Shown in pieces: positions 13,705-24,959 of a stretch of 64,000 nucleotides of DNA. The stretch is from Mustelus asterias (taxonomy: Eukaryota). Made by a program: the position numbers and the translations under genes. The notes under the pieces are model-generated. The model did not search any database and was not told the origin of the DNA. It was given only the letters and a program-made list of their open reading frames with translations. The stretch is taken from positions 1 to 64,000 of the forward strand of contig NW_027591018.1 in the NCBI RefSeq assembly GCF_964213995.1, written 5' to 3'. Position 1 is the stretch's first letter, and every line of letters starts with the position of its first letter.

Positions 13705-14149
13705 TTAACTGCCTGACCGTTTCATTTCAATCTCCTCTATCGCACAGTAATACAGAGCGGTATCCGCGCTCCCACTGTTTTCAATAATCAACTGGCCCCA
13801 TTTGCTCGCAGTGGAAAGTTCCAATTCGAATCGCTCCTTTCTCTCTTTGCCATCCGAGAATCCGCTTATTATCCACTTCAGACCCTGACCGGGTTTTTGC
13901 CTGTACCAATCCATTCTGTAAAAGCTGGAAATGTCATAACTGCAGTTTATCTGCACCGAATCCCCGCTCTGGACTGTTCTCGCTGTGGGAGTTTGTGAAA
14001 CTTGGTCCGAGCGACACCGATCTGTAAAAACATTCAGACAATGAGGCACTGGAACAAAATGAATATCAGTAAACAGTCTCTATAGGTTACAGAGTAAATT
14101 TCCTGCGCTTACAAATTGGTAGAACCATAATGACAAGGCACAGATACAT
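13705..14149 (-). pseudogene. TRAV: TCR alpha/delta V segment with intact leader and V exon but no RSS
   Basis: Leader exon 14149-14113 (MYLCLVIMVLPI, GT donor); AG acceptor, V exon from 14021 (DQVSQ..C..WYRQKPG..DTALYYCAIE); homology to the paralog at 26393-26802 stops at 13735; the frame reads on to a stop at 13705. Confidence 0.85.
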
Positions 14150-14794
14150 TTGCACCGTGTGAGACAGTAACAATGTCAATAGGAAAACGGAGCACAGCTC
14201 ACAGCAGAAGAGCGCGAAGTGAATCAACAACTTCAGTATTCCCCGAATGTAAGATGCACCAGATAACGTTTCAGACACTCGGGTTCTCTGCAATCTGATG
14301 GGCTGGAATCAGACTATGCTCTTCCGGTGTAAGGATGTGTTTTTTTGATCCGCTGCTGCTTCTCTTTCCGATCATGTGTGAACAAATCAATTTTCTATAA
14401 ACCAGGGCCCTACTTTACTACAGTTACTTTAATTGATAAAAGTGTTCACTGCTTAATTGTTCAACAATGAAGTCGTTGATTTCAATTTGAGGTAATTATT
14501 CATGTGAATTCTACCCAAGTGCAGTTCAAATGATCGTTTCAAATACAAGAAGCTCCTCCCGCTGCTCAGGCCTGGCTCCGTTATCCTCGGAAACTCTGCC
14601 TCGGGATTTCAATTGAAGCACCAACCATTTAGTTGATGGCCTGTACCTGGTTATGTTTTATTCTAGCTCAACATCCTCACCCTGACAAGAGGAATATCCT
14701 GATTTTATTTAATATCCAAACATTTATTTAATATTCTGAATTGAACTTATCTGAAATACACAACATTGAATTGCAAACACGACTGACCAACAAA

Positions 14795-15092
14795 AGAAAT
14801 CGAGTTAAAAACAAAATACTGCGGAGGCTGCAATCTGAAACAAAAACAGAAAATCTCAGAAGGTCGGAGAGCATCTGTGGGAAGAGAACAGAGCAACATT
14901 TTCCAGTCTAGATGATCCTTCCTCAGAACGTACATCCTCCTCTCAGTCCCTGAAACTGTTTTTTTTCCGCGTGAAGTCATTGTCCAATCCAAATTTGAAG
15001 GAGTTTCTGTGGAATCCGTGCACAGTTTGTCTTCGTCAACAACATTTATCTGACGAAGGGTCACCTAATAGACTCGAAACGTTGGCTCTACT
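14795..15092. mobile_element. Penelope-like pseudo-LTR fragments in inverted arrangement, with a degenerate hammerhead core; continues at 17126-17180 after a CR1 insertion
   Basis: ctgacgaagggtc..gactcgaaacgtt at 15050-15083; the ~14805-14930 block is roughly the reverse complement of 15050-15092 plus 17126-17180. Confidence 0.6.
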
Positions 15093-15094
15093 TT

Positions 15095-17105
15095 AGAACA
15101 TAGAACATAGAACATAGAACATTACAGCGCAGAACAGGCCCTTCGGCCCACGATGTTGCACCGACCAGTTAAAAAAAAACTGTGACCCTCCAACCTAAAC
15201 CAATTTCTTTTCGTCCATGAACCTATCTACGGATCTCTTAAACGCCCCCAAACTAGGCGCATTTACTACTGATGCTGGCAGGGCATTCCAATCCCTCACC
15301 ACCCTCTGGGTAAAGAACCTACCCCTGACATCGGTTCTATAACTACCCCCCCTCAATTTAAAGCCATGCCCCCTCGTGCTGGATTTCTCCATCAGAGGAA
15401 AAAGGCTATCACTATCCACCCTATCTAAACCTCTAATCATCTTATATGTTTCAATAAGATCCCCTCTTAGCCGCCGCCTTTCCAGCGAAAACAATCCCAA
15501 ATCCCTCAGCCTCTCCTCATAGGATCTCCCCTCCATACCAGGCAACATCCTGGTAAACCTCCTCTGCACCCTCTCCAAAGCCTCCACATCCTTCCTGTAA
15601 TGTGGGGACCAGAACTGCACACAGTACTCCAAGTGCGGCCGCACCAGAGTTGTGTACAGTTGCAACATAACGCCACGACTCCTAAATTCAATCCCCCTAC
15701 CAATAAACGCCAAGACACCATATGCCTTCTTAACAACCCTATCTACTTGATTCCCAACCTTCAGGGATCTATGCACACATACACCTAGATCCCTCTGCTC
15801 CTCCACACTATTCAAAGTCCTCCCGTTAGCCCTATACTCAACACATCTGTTATTCCTACCAAAGTGAATTACCTCACACTTCTCCGCATTAAACTCCATC
15901 CGCCACCTCTCGGCCCAACTTTGCAACCTGTCTAAGTCTTCCTGCAAACTACGACACCCTTCCTCACTGTCTACCACACCACCGACTTTGGTGTCATCAG
16001 CAAATTTGCTAATCCACCCAACTATACCCTCATCCAGATCATTAATAAATATTACAAACAGCAGTGGCCCCAAAACAGATCCCTGAGGTACACCACTTGT
16101 AACCGCACTCCATGATGAATATTTACTATCAACCACCACCCTCTGTTTCCTATCCGCTAGCCAATTCCTGATCCAATTTCCTAGATCACCCCCAATCCCA
16201 TACATCTGCATTTTCTGCAGAAGCCTACCATGGTGAACCTTATCAAACGCCTTACTAAAATCCATATATACCACGTCCACTGCCTTGCCCCCATCCACCT
16301 CCTTGGTCACTTTCTCAAAAAACTCAATAAGGTTAGTAAGGCACGACCTACCTGCCACAAAACCATGCTGACTATCACCTATCAATTCATTACTCTCCAA
16401 ATAACTATAAATCCTATCCCTTATAATTTTTTCCAACATCTTGCCGACAACAGAAGTGAGACTCACCGGTCTATAATTCCCGGGGAAGTCTCTGTTCCCC
16501 TTCTTAAACAATGGGACAACATTCGCTAACCTCCAATCTTCTGGTACTATACCAGAGGCCAACGACGACCTGAAGATCAGAGCCAGAGGCTCTGCAATCA
16601 CTTCTCTTGCCTCCCAGAGAATCCTTGGATAAATCCCATCCGGACCAGGGGATTTATCTATTTTCAGACCCTCCAGAATATCCTGCACATCCTCCTTATC
16701 AACTGTAATACTGTCTATTCTACTCCCTTGCAACCCAGTGTCCTCCTCAGCTATATTCATGTCCCCTTGCGTGAACACCGAAGAGAAATATTGGTTCAAT
16801 GCTTCACCAATCTCCTCCGGTTCCACACATAACTTCCCTCTGCCATCTATAACTGGCCCTAAACTTGCCCTAACCAACCTTCTGTTCTTGACATACCTAT
16901 AGAACGCCTTAGGATTCTCTTTAACCCTATCCGCCAAAGTCTTCTCATGTCCCCTTTTAGCCCTTCTAAGCTCGCTCTTCAACTCCCTCTTAGCCAATCT
17001 AAAGCTTTCTAGTGCACTACCCGAGTGCTCACGTCTCATCCGAACATAAGCCTCCTTTTTCTTTTTAACCAACAAAGAAACTTTTTTGGTGCACCACGGT
17101 TCCCT
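15095..17105 (-). mobile_element. Young 5'-truncated CR1 LINE (RT domain open)
   Basis: ORF 15195..~17105 with intact RT motifs; (agaacat)n tail at 15095-15121. Confidence 0.96.
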
Positions 17106-17818
17106 AACCGTGGTGCACCACGGTTTCTCCCCACAAATGCTGTCAGACCGGCTGAGGTTTTCCAGCAGTTTCTGCGTTTGTGTGTGAAAAGAAATCGAAT
17201 CATTGGGTAACCCAGATCCCATGGTGTTTATCTGACCACAGGCAGCTTCTAAACAAAATCAAATATTTTTACATGGAAGATATTTAAGAAAGATCGACCA
17301 ATTACACTTGATCCCTCTTTATTCTGGATGTAAAACATTCTGCCCCCTAAACCTCGTTCATCAACACAAAATCCAAGTAGATCGGCACTGAGTCTCGATT
17401 TCCTCATCAGCCTGAGCGGTTTTTTCTCTTTGTCTATTATGATGAAAGATTTTAAAAGATGGTACTGTGCAGTGCGCGCCATTTCCTCCAGTTCAGTTGC
17501 AGCATCACTTGTGTCTGTCTTTATGCGCACACAATACTATTAAACATGTTTCATACGGTGATTAACTATCCTAGTCTGCATCTGTAAACCCATTCAATTC
17601 TGTTGTACACTGAACGAATTGCGAATATGTGCACGGTGTCAAATTAGGAACATTTAATTCCTCATTATGTCTTAAAAGGCAGCATTTCCGAATTTGCTGA
17701 AAGCATTTGAGGCCGAGGTCACGGCAAATATAATGTGGCTTAACATCGAGTTTCTGATAATGTTCAGGAACAAACTTAAATCCTGCAAACATCGCTTACC
17801 CTCACTGTGAAAGGTTTA

Positions 17819-17891
17819 TACTTCCAATTGGTTGCAAACCAGTGACTTTTCGCGTATAAGGCGAGCGTGATGGCCAATACACTGCAGAAAT
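17819..17891 (-). pseudogene. tRNA-Val-derived pseudogene (anticodon reads TAT, probably from TAC)
   Basis: Reverse complement ATTTCTGCAGTGTATTGGCCATCACGCTCGCCT-TAT-ACGCGAAAAGTCACTGGTTTGCAACCAATTGGAAGTA is 73 nt and collinear with vertebrate tRNA-Val (GTTTCCGTAGTGTAGTGG..ATCACG.TCGCCT..ACGCGAAAGGTCCCCGGTTCGA); acceptor stem and B box are damaged. Confidence 0.8.
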
Positions 17892-18636
17892 GATTATCCA
17901 CTATAAAACCTCAAGAGACTGTCTTGAAATGTTACAACTGTGCCGTCATTCAGTCACACTTTGGGTGCTTCCTTCGAAGAATTCGGCTGCTGTCACGAGG
18001 AATGCTGTAGACAACCTGGTCTCAGTGACCAGGAGAGAAAACAATTCTGCACAGAGGGGCCTGAGAGCTGAACCCAGACAGAGTGGAGGGAGGGAGAAAA
18101 CTGAGAGTGGAGAAAAGAATTGGCGGAGAGGGTGAGATGGGTTTGGATTTCAGCCCAGGGACGGGGTAGAGTGTGTGAGATGGGGATTTACAGATTTGGG
18201 GCAAACGAGAGGAAAAAATGTTCCAAAAAAAAACTAGAATTATCTGTTCAGAATTTCTATCCTGGACCGACCGTGATTAATTTTGTAAACTCTTTTTCCA
18301 GGTATTAACAATGGAAAGATTTGTAGATGCAAAACTCAAAACAAACATTTTGGTTTGAGTCACTCGATCATTCGTCAATCTGTGAATGTGGAAGGAGAAA
18401 TGTTTATCTCTTGAAGATTTTAAACATCAGTGCAACTGGAAAAACACCGAGACACACACACACACACTCGAGTGAGAGTGTTCCAGTGAACTGACTGTGG
18501 AAAGAGCTTTAACCAGTGACACAACCTGAGAAAACATCACACCATTCACAGCGGGGAGAAACTGTACACGTGTTATCTGCAAGGACGAGGTTTCAACTGA
18601 TCATCTAACCTGGAGAGACACAAGGACACTGGCACC

Positions 18637-19437
18637 ATGGAGAAACCTTGGAAATGTGGGGACTGTGGTAAAAGATTCAAGTCTTTATTCCGACTGGAAA
18701 TCCATCAACGCAGTCACACCGGGGAGAAGCCATTCGTCTGTTCTGTGTGTGGGAAGGGATTTACCAAGACAACATACCTGATGTTACACCAGAGAATTCA
18801 CACTGAGGAGAGGCCCTTCAGCTGCACTCACTGTGGGAAGAGGTTCAACAGCACATCCAGCCTCGCGACACACCAGCGGATTCACACTGGGGAGAAGCCG
18901 TTCACCTGCTCCGTGTGCGGTGAGAGATTCACTCGGTCATCCGGCCTTTGGACACATCAGCGAATTCACACTGAGGAGAAACCGTTCAGCTGCACTTCTC
19001 GTGGAAAGAGTTTCGGGCAGTCATCCACCCTGACTGCTCACCAACGCACTCACACCGGGGAGAGACCGTTCACCTGCTCCGTGTGTGGGAAGAAATTCTC
19101 CCAGTCATTCGATCTGGTGAGACACCAGCGACTTCACACCGGGGAGAGACCATTCACCTGCTCGGTGTGTGGGAAGGGATTCGCTCTGTTATTCACCCTC
19201 CAGTCCCACCACCGCACTCACACTCAGGAGAATCCATTCAGCTGCAGTACCTGTGGAAAGAGTTTCAAGCAGTCATCCAACCTTCTGACTCACCGACGCA
19301 CTCACTCTGGGGAGAGGCCTTTCACCTGCTCCTTGTGTGGAAAGGCATTCACAAGGTCCTCCAGCCTGCTGAGACACCAGCAAATTCATCATAGACTGCA
19401 AGGATTGGATTCTGCTTTTAACCACAGCCAGGATTGA
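18637..19437 (+). CDS. C2H2 zinc-finger protein (9 tandem fingers, finger 5 has C->R; no KRAB seen)
   Basis: CxxC-12-HxxxH repeats with TGEKPF/TGERPF linkers; upstream acceptor ttttccag near 18301 and decayed fingers with stops at 18480-18630. Confidence 0.9.
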   Translation: MEKPWKCGDCGKRFKSLFRLEIHQRSHTGEKPFVCSVCGKGFTKTTYLMLHQRIHTEERPFSCTHCGKRFNSTSSLATHQRIHTGEKPFTCSVCGERFTRSSGLWTHQRIHTEEKPFSCTSRGKSFGQSSTLTAHQRTHTGERPFTCSVCGKKFSQSFDLVRHQRLHTGERPFTCSVCGKGFALLFTLQSHHRTHTQENPFSCSTCGKSFKQSSNLLTHRRTHSGERPFTCSLCGKAFTRSSSLLRHQQIHHRLQGLDSAFNHSQD

Positions 19438-19619
19438 TAGTCTGACAATATTGGTTCGATTTTGCTGATATTAACATCCCTATAAGTAGCTGGAGTTTAA
19501 TATTCTGGAGATGTCTCTGACTTTCGGAGCTGCAGTGTCCCTTTTTAAAAACACCTTGTGATCTTTCCCCTAAATTCAAGAATCCTTAACAAGAACCTGT
19601 TCAACATAAAATCATAGAA

Positions 19620-19955
19620 GTCATAGAAACCCTACAGTGCAGAAGGAGGCCATTCGGCCCATCGAGTCTGCACTGACCACAATCCCACCCAGGCCCTACC
19701 TCCACATATTTTACCCACTAATCCCTCTAACCTACGCATCCCAGAACTCTAAGAAGCAATTTTTTTAACCTGGCCAATTAACCTAACCCGCACATCTTTG
19801 GACTGTGGGAGGAAACCGGAGCACCCGGAGGAAACCCACGCAGACACGAGGAGAATGTGCAAACTCCACACAGACAGTGACCCGAGCCGGGAATTGAACC
19901 CGGGACCCTGGAGCTGTGAAGCAGCAGTGCTAACCACTGTGCTACCGTGCCGCCC
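19620..19955 (-). mobile_element. HE1-like SINE
   Basis: Full head, core and tail on the - strand. Confidence 0.92.
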
Positions 19956-20577
19956 ACTTTGCTTCAATCCTAAATTAATCTTCGATGCAAATCAGTGTGA
20001 GAGAAGTTCCACTGATTAACATCTCCAATTAGAAAGTCCTGATTAATCCTTGCTGACAATTCTGACTGACGTCTTCACAGTGACACGTCCATTATGAAAT
20101 TAAATATGAAGGAACATAAACAAAATAGTAAAATATTATACAGGCACAGTTAAATCTCACATAAAATCCTTAACAATCAATATTGAAGTTGATGAAACTT
20201 GGAGGTCTCTGAGTTCACTCATTTCTGACACAGCAGCAGCAGTTTCACGATCTTGCGATTAAAGTAATACAATATCACCATCTGCTGGCGACGTGTACTT
20301 ACGGCAGGCGCTGGCATCTGTGAGTCTCGGGGAAGTTCAGTCACTGGATGGTTGGAACTGGCATCCGGTTGATGAAGTGCCAATATTGAATAACATTGTT
20401 CATTCCCTGTTGCAAACTTTCATTCCTAAAATTGGAATGAAAGTTTGCAACAGGTTCTTGGGTGGCGCGTTCGCCCATTTATCACCAGGCACCGTATAAG
20501 AATTTTGGTCCCCATTCCCCATGGGAGATATTGTCTGGAGTTGCAGTTCGGGATTATTGTGTGCATTAGTATTTAAA

Positions 20578-20775
20578 ATAAATATTTATTGAAGATATAT
20601 AGCACTGGAGATACGTTTCAAGATCTACCGGACAGATTTTCTTGCTGTTTTGCGCAAAGGAAAGAAAACTGTTCTTTTTAATATTGCCGGGATGCTTCTC
20701 CCTGACACCGCCGTGTATTTCTGTGCCACGGAGCCCACACTGCTGCAGAGATAGAGCGGATCCCGGACAACAACC
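20578..20775 (+). pseudogene. TRAV: TCR V 3' half fragment with RSS (frameshifted, no leader)
   Basis: KYLLKIYSTGDTFQDLPDRF, then a +1 frameshift, then LAVLRKGKKTVLFNIAGMLLPDTAVYFCATEP; cacactg 20736-20742, 24-nt spacer, acaacaacc 20767-20775. Confidence 0.85.
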
Positions 20776-20801
20776 CCACACATGGGAGTTCCAGTTAGGT
20801 A

Positions 20802-20815
20802 CCACCAGAGGGCGC
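20802..20815 (+). promoter_or_regulatory. CTCF-type motif next to an RSS
   Basis: ccaccagagggcgc matches the CTCF core consensus, 26 nt past the nonamer. Confidence 0.65.
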
Positions 20816-20824
20816 TCTTACGCT

Positions 20825-21452
20825 GCTAAACAGAACAGTACAGCACAGTACAGGCCCTTCGGCCCACGTTGTTGTGCCGAGCTTTGTCCGAAACCAAGAT
20901 CAAGCTATCCCACTCCCTCTCATTCTAGTGCGCTCCATGGCTTGCGTAAATACTGAGAAACTGTCCCCTCTCAAGAGAACATCATGAACAGAAGGTGAAG
21001 TCGCAAGGGATCAGAGGTGAGCTGGCCAGATGGATGCAGAACTGGCTCGGTCATAGAAATAATCATTTGCTCCCAAATAAACCTGTTGGACTTTAACCTG
21101 GTGTTGTTAAAACTCTTACTCGGCCATAGAAGACAGAGGGTAGCAGTGGAAGGGTGTGTTTCTGAATGGAGGGCTGTGACAAGTGGCGTTCCTCAGGGAT
21201 CAGTGCTGGGACCTTTGCTGTTTGTAATATATATAAATGATTTGGAGGGAAATGTAACTGGTTTGATTGGTAAGTTTGCGGACGACACAAAGGCTGGTGG
21301 ATTTGTGGATAGCAGTGAGGACGGTCAGAGGATACAGCAGGAGATAGATCGGTTGGAGACTTGGGCGGAGAGGTGGCAGATGGAGTTTAATCCGGACAAA
21401 TGTGAGGTAATGCATTTTGGAAGGTCTAATACAGATAGGAAATATACAGTAA
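20825..21452. mobile_element. CR1 tail (-) followed by a CR1 RT fragment (+) carrying a ~60-bp Penelope tail insertion (21060-21120)
   Basis: VTSGVPQGSVLGP..KFADDTK; the insert caaataaacctgttggactttaacctggtgttgt is also seen at 35261-35293. Confidence 0.8.
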
Positions 21453-21765
21453 GTGGCAGTCACACTGGGGAAAGACCATTCATCTGCCCTGAGTGTGGGT
21501 AAGGCTTCACTCAGTCATACAGCCGGCTGCTGCACCAGCAAGTTCACACCAGGGAGAGAATTTCAACTGTTCCGAGTGCGGGGAAAGGATTCACTCAGTC
21601 AACCCACCTGCTGGAACACCAGCAGATTCACACTGATGAGAGACCTTTTGAATGCAGAAAATGTGGGAAGTGCTTTAAGAGTTCTTGGGAACAAATGTCC
21701 CATCAAAGAATTCATGATGAGAGACCTTTTCAATGCCCAGATTGTGGGAAATGCTTTAAAAGTTT
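21453..21765 (+). pseudogene. C2H2 zinc-finger pseudogene fragment fused to CR1
   Basis: SHTGERPFICPECG* followed by further fingers with frameshifts ([14 protein letters not shown]). Confidence 0.85.
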
Positions 21766-22465
21766 TTAAAGTATATTTACTAGTCAGAAGTAGGCTTACA
21801 TTAACACTGCAATGAAGTTACTGTGAAAATCCCCTAGTCGCCACACTCCGGCACCTGTTCGGGTAACACTGAGGGATAATTTAGCACGACCAATGCACCC
21901 TAACCCGCACATCTTTGGACCGTGGGAGGAAACCGGAGCACCCGGAGGAAACCCACGCAGACACGGGGAGAATGTGCAAACACCACACAGACAGTGACCC
22001 AAGCCGGGAATCGAAACCTGGTCCCTGGCGCTGTGAGGCAGCAGTGCTAACCCACTGTGTCACCATGCTGCCCCGGGTCCCTGGCGCTGTGAGGCAGCAG
22101 TGCTAACCCACTGTGCCACCGTGCTGCCCCGGGTCCCTGGCACTGTGAGTCAGCAGCGCTAACCCACTGTGTCACCGTGCTGCCCCGGGTCCCTGGCACT
22201 GTGAGGCAGCAGTGCTAACCCACTGTGCCACCGTGCTGCCCCGGGTCCCTGGCGCTGTGAGGCAGCAGTGCTAACCCACTGTGTCACCGTGCTGCCCCGG
22301 GTCCCTGGCGCTGTGAGGCAGCAGTGCTAACCCACTGTGTCACCGTGCTGCCCCGGGTCCCTGGCGCTGTGAGGCAGCAGTGCTAACCCACTGTGCCACC
22401 GTGCTGCCCCGGGTCCCTGGCGCTGTGAGGCAGCAGTGCTAACCCACTGTGCCACCATTCTGCCA
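21762..22465 (-). mobile_element. HE1-like SINE whose 56-bp head is tandemly repeated 8 times (22021-22465)
   Basis: Unit gtccctggcgctgtgaggcagcagtgctaacccactgtg(t/c)caccgtgctgccccgg starts at 22021, 22077 ... 22413. Confidence 0.93.
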
Positions 22466-22894
22466 CCAATAGTAATCATCGAACATATTGAAGACTGGAA
22501 GAAATCTGTTCAATTTGATACATAAACAACATTAATTATTTTCTGAGGTGTGGCCCAAGTCAAATTAGAGATATCTTTGTGATAGAAACTCTGATCAGGC
22601 AGGATGGGTAAGTCCTTACTTGCTGGGAACGATGAGGGAAAGTCTTTCCTATGGTGTACAGACTCTTCGACCACAATCACACCAGGGTCCGTGTCCTGAC
22701 AAGTGTTTAAATAAGGTTTCACTGTGACAATGACTGTGTTTTGGGTGGATACCAAGGAATCACCTCTGGAACACCTTTCACTTTCACTTTACAAATAACA
22801 ATTTATCCTGGACTCTTACCGGCAATATCGACAATCATTTAGAGTTTGAATTAGTGAGCGAGTGGTTTCCTTTCTGCCGTGAGGAAGCTGTGGG

Positions 22895-23392
22895 TGGTTT
22901 GATTTGATACATGTATTGGGATACAGTGAAAAGTATTGTTTCCTGCGCGCTGTACAGACAAAGCATACCGTTCATAGAGAAGGAAAGGAGAGGGTGCAGA
23001 ATGTAGTGTTACAGTCATAGCTAGGGTGTAGAGAAAGATCAACTTAATGCGAGGTAGGTCCACTCAAAAGTCTGACAGCAGCAGGGAAGAAGCTGTTCTT
23101 GAGTCAGTTGGTACGTGACCTCAGACTTTTGTATCTTTTTCCCCAATGGAAGAAGGTGGAAGAGAGAATGTCCGGGGTGCGTGGAGGTCCTTAATTATGC
23201 TGGCTGCTTTTCCCGAGACAGCGGGAAGTGTAGACAGAGTCAATGGATGGGAGGCTGGTTTGCGTGATGGATTGGGCTACATTCATGACCTTTTGTAGTT
23301 CCTTGCAGTCTTGGGCAGAGCAGGAGCCCCATACCAAGCTGTGATACAACCAGAAAGAATGCTTTCTATGGTGCATCTGTAAAAGTTGGTGA
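22895..23392 (-). mobile_element. Rex1/Babar-type non-LTR retrotransposon 3' fragment
   Basis: TNFYRCTIESILSGCITAWYG-type C-terminal motif and an (atcaa)n tail. Confidence 0.75.
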
Positions 23393-23583
23393 ACTGCAAA
23401 GTGCAACTTTCGACCACCTGTGAGTCTTCGGGACTCAAGTTTGTGTTCAACAATTTCCGGTCGTGAATTCTACCACTAAGAATCGTCTTTATGTCCTTTG
23501 TTCAAATTTTAGTCTGCACCTGGGGTGGAGAATCTTTTTTGCTATGAGTTCACCTCCGCCAGACAAAGAGAACCTTTTTCCAT

Positions 23584-23690
23584 CTCTGGGTCATGGAGAT
23601 TCTGTCACTCAGCCGATGTCCTCAGCAGTCCAGACAGAAGGAGAAGCGGTGACTTACAATGTATCTGGAACACGACGTTTTACTCCCTGA
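23584..23690 (+). pseudogene. TCR V 5' fragment (FR1 only, frameshifted, no RSS)
   Basis: LGHGDSVTQPMSSAVQTEGEAVT, frameshift, QCIWNTTFYSL; acceptor degenerate; possible leader-donor remnant gtgagt at about 23420. Confidence 0.65.
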
Positions 23691-24124
23691 AGAGGGGAAC
23701 ATTCTGAACAAATCAATTAAGTCGCTTTTGTATCTTCTTGCTCATAGAATAAAGAAACTAAATTAGCCTGTTAATCCCTGGCGCTATTCTGATTTATAAC
23801 CTCCGCATTTACTCCAAAGACTTGGCGTTCTCTCGACTTCGTCGTCCCCAGGATTTGAACAGAGAACTCCAGCAATGATTTCCGCAGATTCCGCACCCTT
23901 TTCCCAAATGCATATCAACAGTAACGAAGTCAGTATCTAAAGAGCTCCAATGTAGATATCTGAGCAGCATTTGTATCTTGGTGGATGTCAACCCTGAATC
24001 AACTCAACAGGAAAATCCCAGCGTGCAATGAAATATACATTGGCCAATTGACGGCCCCAAATTGAAGCCCGAGCGCCACAAACACACGTGATGTTATAAC
24101 TGAAAGCTGTATGGATGGAAGGCT

Positions 24125-24136
24125 TGTGATGTCACA
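24125..24136 (+). promoter_or_regulatory. CRE-like V-promoter element
   Basis: tgtgatgtcaca about 120 bp upstream of the leader ATG; analogues at 35436 (tgtgaggtcaca), 39159 (tgacatca), 42284 (cacgtcac) and 45523 (tgacgtca). Confidence 0.55.
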
Positions 24137-24253
24137 ATAGACCCCCCACACACACACACTCACTGCAATCAGCTGAACAGAGCCCAGGTTCCTCTCTCCT
24201 TCTCAGTCTCTGACTCATTCCATTCCCAGTCACTGAGGGGGATTCACTCAGAC

Positions 24254-24744
24254 ATGTTTCTGCTCATACTGGCGGCGCTCTTGCACAGTAAGTACTGGAA
24301 AACGTTCATCAAACCAGATAAACATATTGATGGCAACTTAATTAACCATCTGAAATATCCCTGTAATGCATAGAATGGAGGTTCCACAAACTATCGCAGA
24401 TACAAACACGTTTACATTAACTCTTGATATTTAATTCCTCTACCTTCGCAGGCGGACTGTGCGCAGATCCAGTAACTCAGTCACCGGTGACAATAACCGC
24501 ATCAGAAGGGGGTTCGGTGCAGTTGGATTGTAACTATACAGACAGGAATATGGACTACATGCAATGGTATCAGCAGAAACCAGCACAGCCACCGACATGG
24601 ATTATTTCCAAAACATTAACAACGAAGGAAGATGAAGTTTCTGGACGATATCTGGCGGCTGCTGACAAGTCTAAGCAGAATGGTTACCTCAATATCAGCG
24701 CCCTCAATGTGGAGGACAGGGCCGTCTATTACTGTGCAGTGAGG
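24254..24744 (+). CDS. TRAV: TCR alpha/delta V segment, apparently functional
   Basis: Leader 24254-24287 (MFLLILAALLH), GT-AG intron, V exon 24452-24744 (DPVTQSP..C..WYQQKP..DRAVYYCAVR). Confidence 0.93.
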
Positions 24745-24783
24745 CACAGCGTTAGATTGCAGTTAAAACGCCTTACAAAAACC
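24745..24783 (+). other. 23-RSS
   Basis: cacagcg + 23 nt + acaaaaacc. Confidence 0.95.
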
Positions 24784-24959
24784 TCAGCGAGTATTTGCAG
24801 CTCCACTGGGTTTGCTTCTGCGCGAATGGTTTGTTCCCGGGTTCACGAAGGCAGTCAGGTTTATTTACCGGGTATTTTGTCCTGATTGAGATCGGCAGAG
24901 AAGCGGTTTGGGAAATCGAGACGTTAATCCCCATGCCGCAATTTATGTAGTAAACAAAA

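Noticed and set aside
13660-13734. Germline-joined J segment after the RSS-less V (..HFGQ)
   Set aside because: No FGxG-T-x-L-x-V motif or splice donor, a stop intervenes, and it matches the CR1 KCEVMHFG motif
15050-15092. Active hammerhead in the Penelope fragment
   Set aside because: The core is present but the cleavage site and stem I are degenerate, and a CR1 inserted immediately downstream
17460-17482. Histone H3-like start MARTAQ on the - strand
   Set aside because: Similarity ends after 4 codons
22021-22465. CRISPR-like regular array (also 59003-59735)
   Set aside because: Head-to-tail repeats with no unique spacers; eukaryotic context and no cas genes
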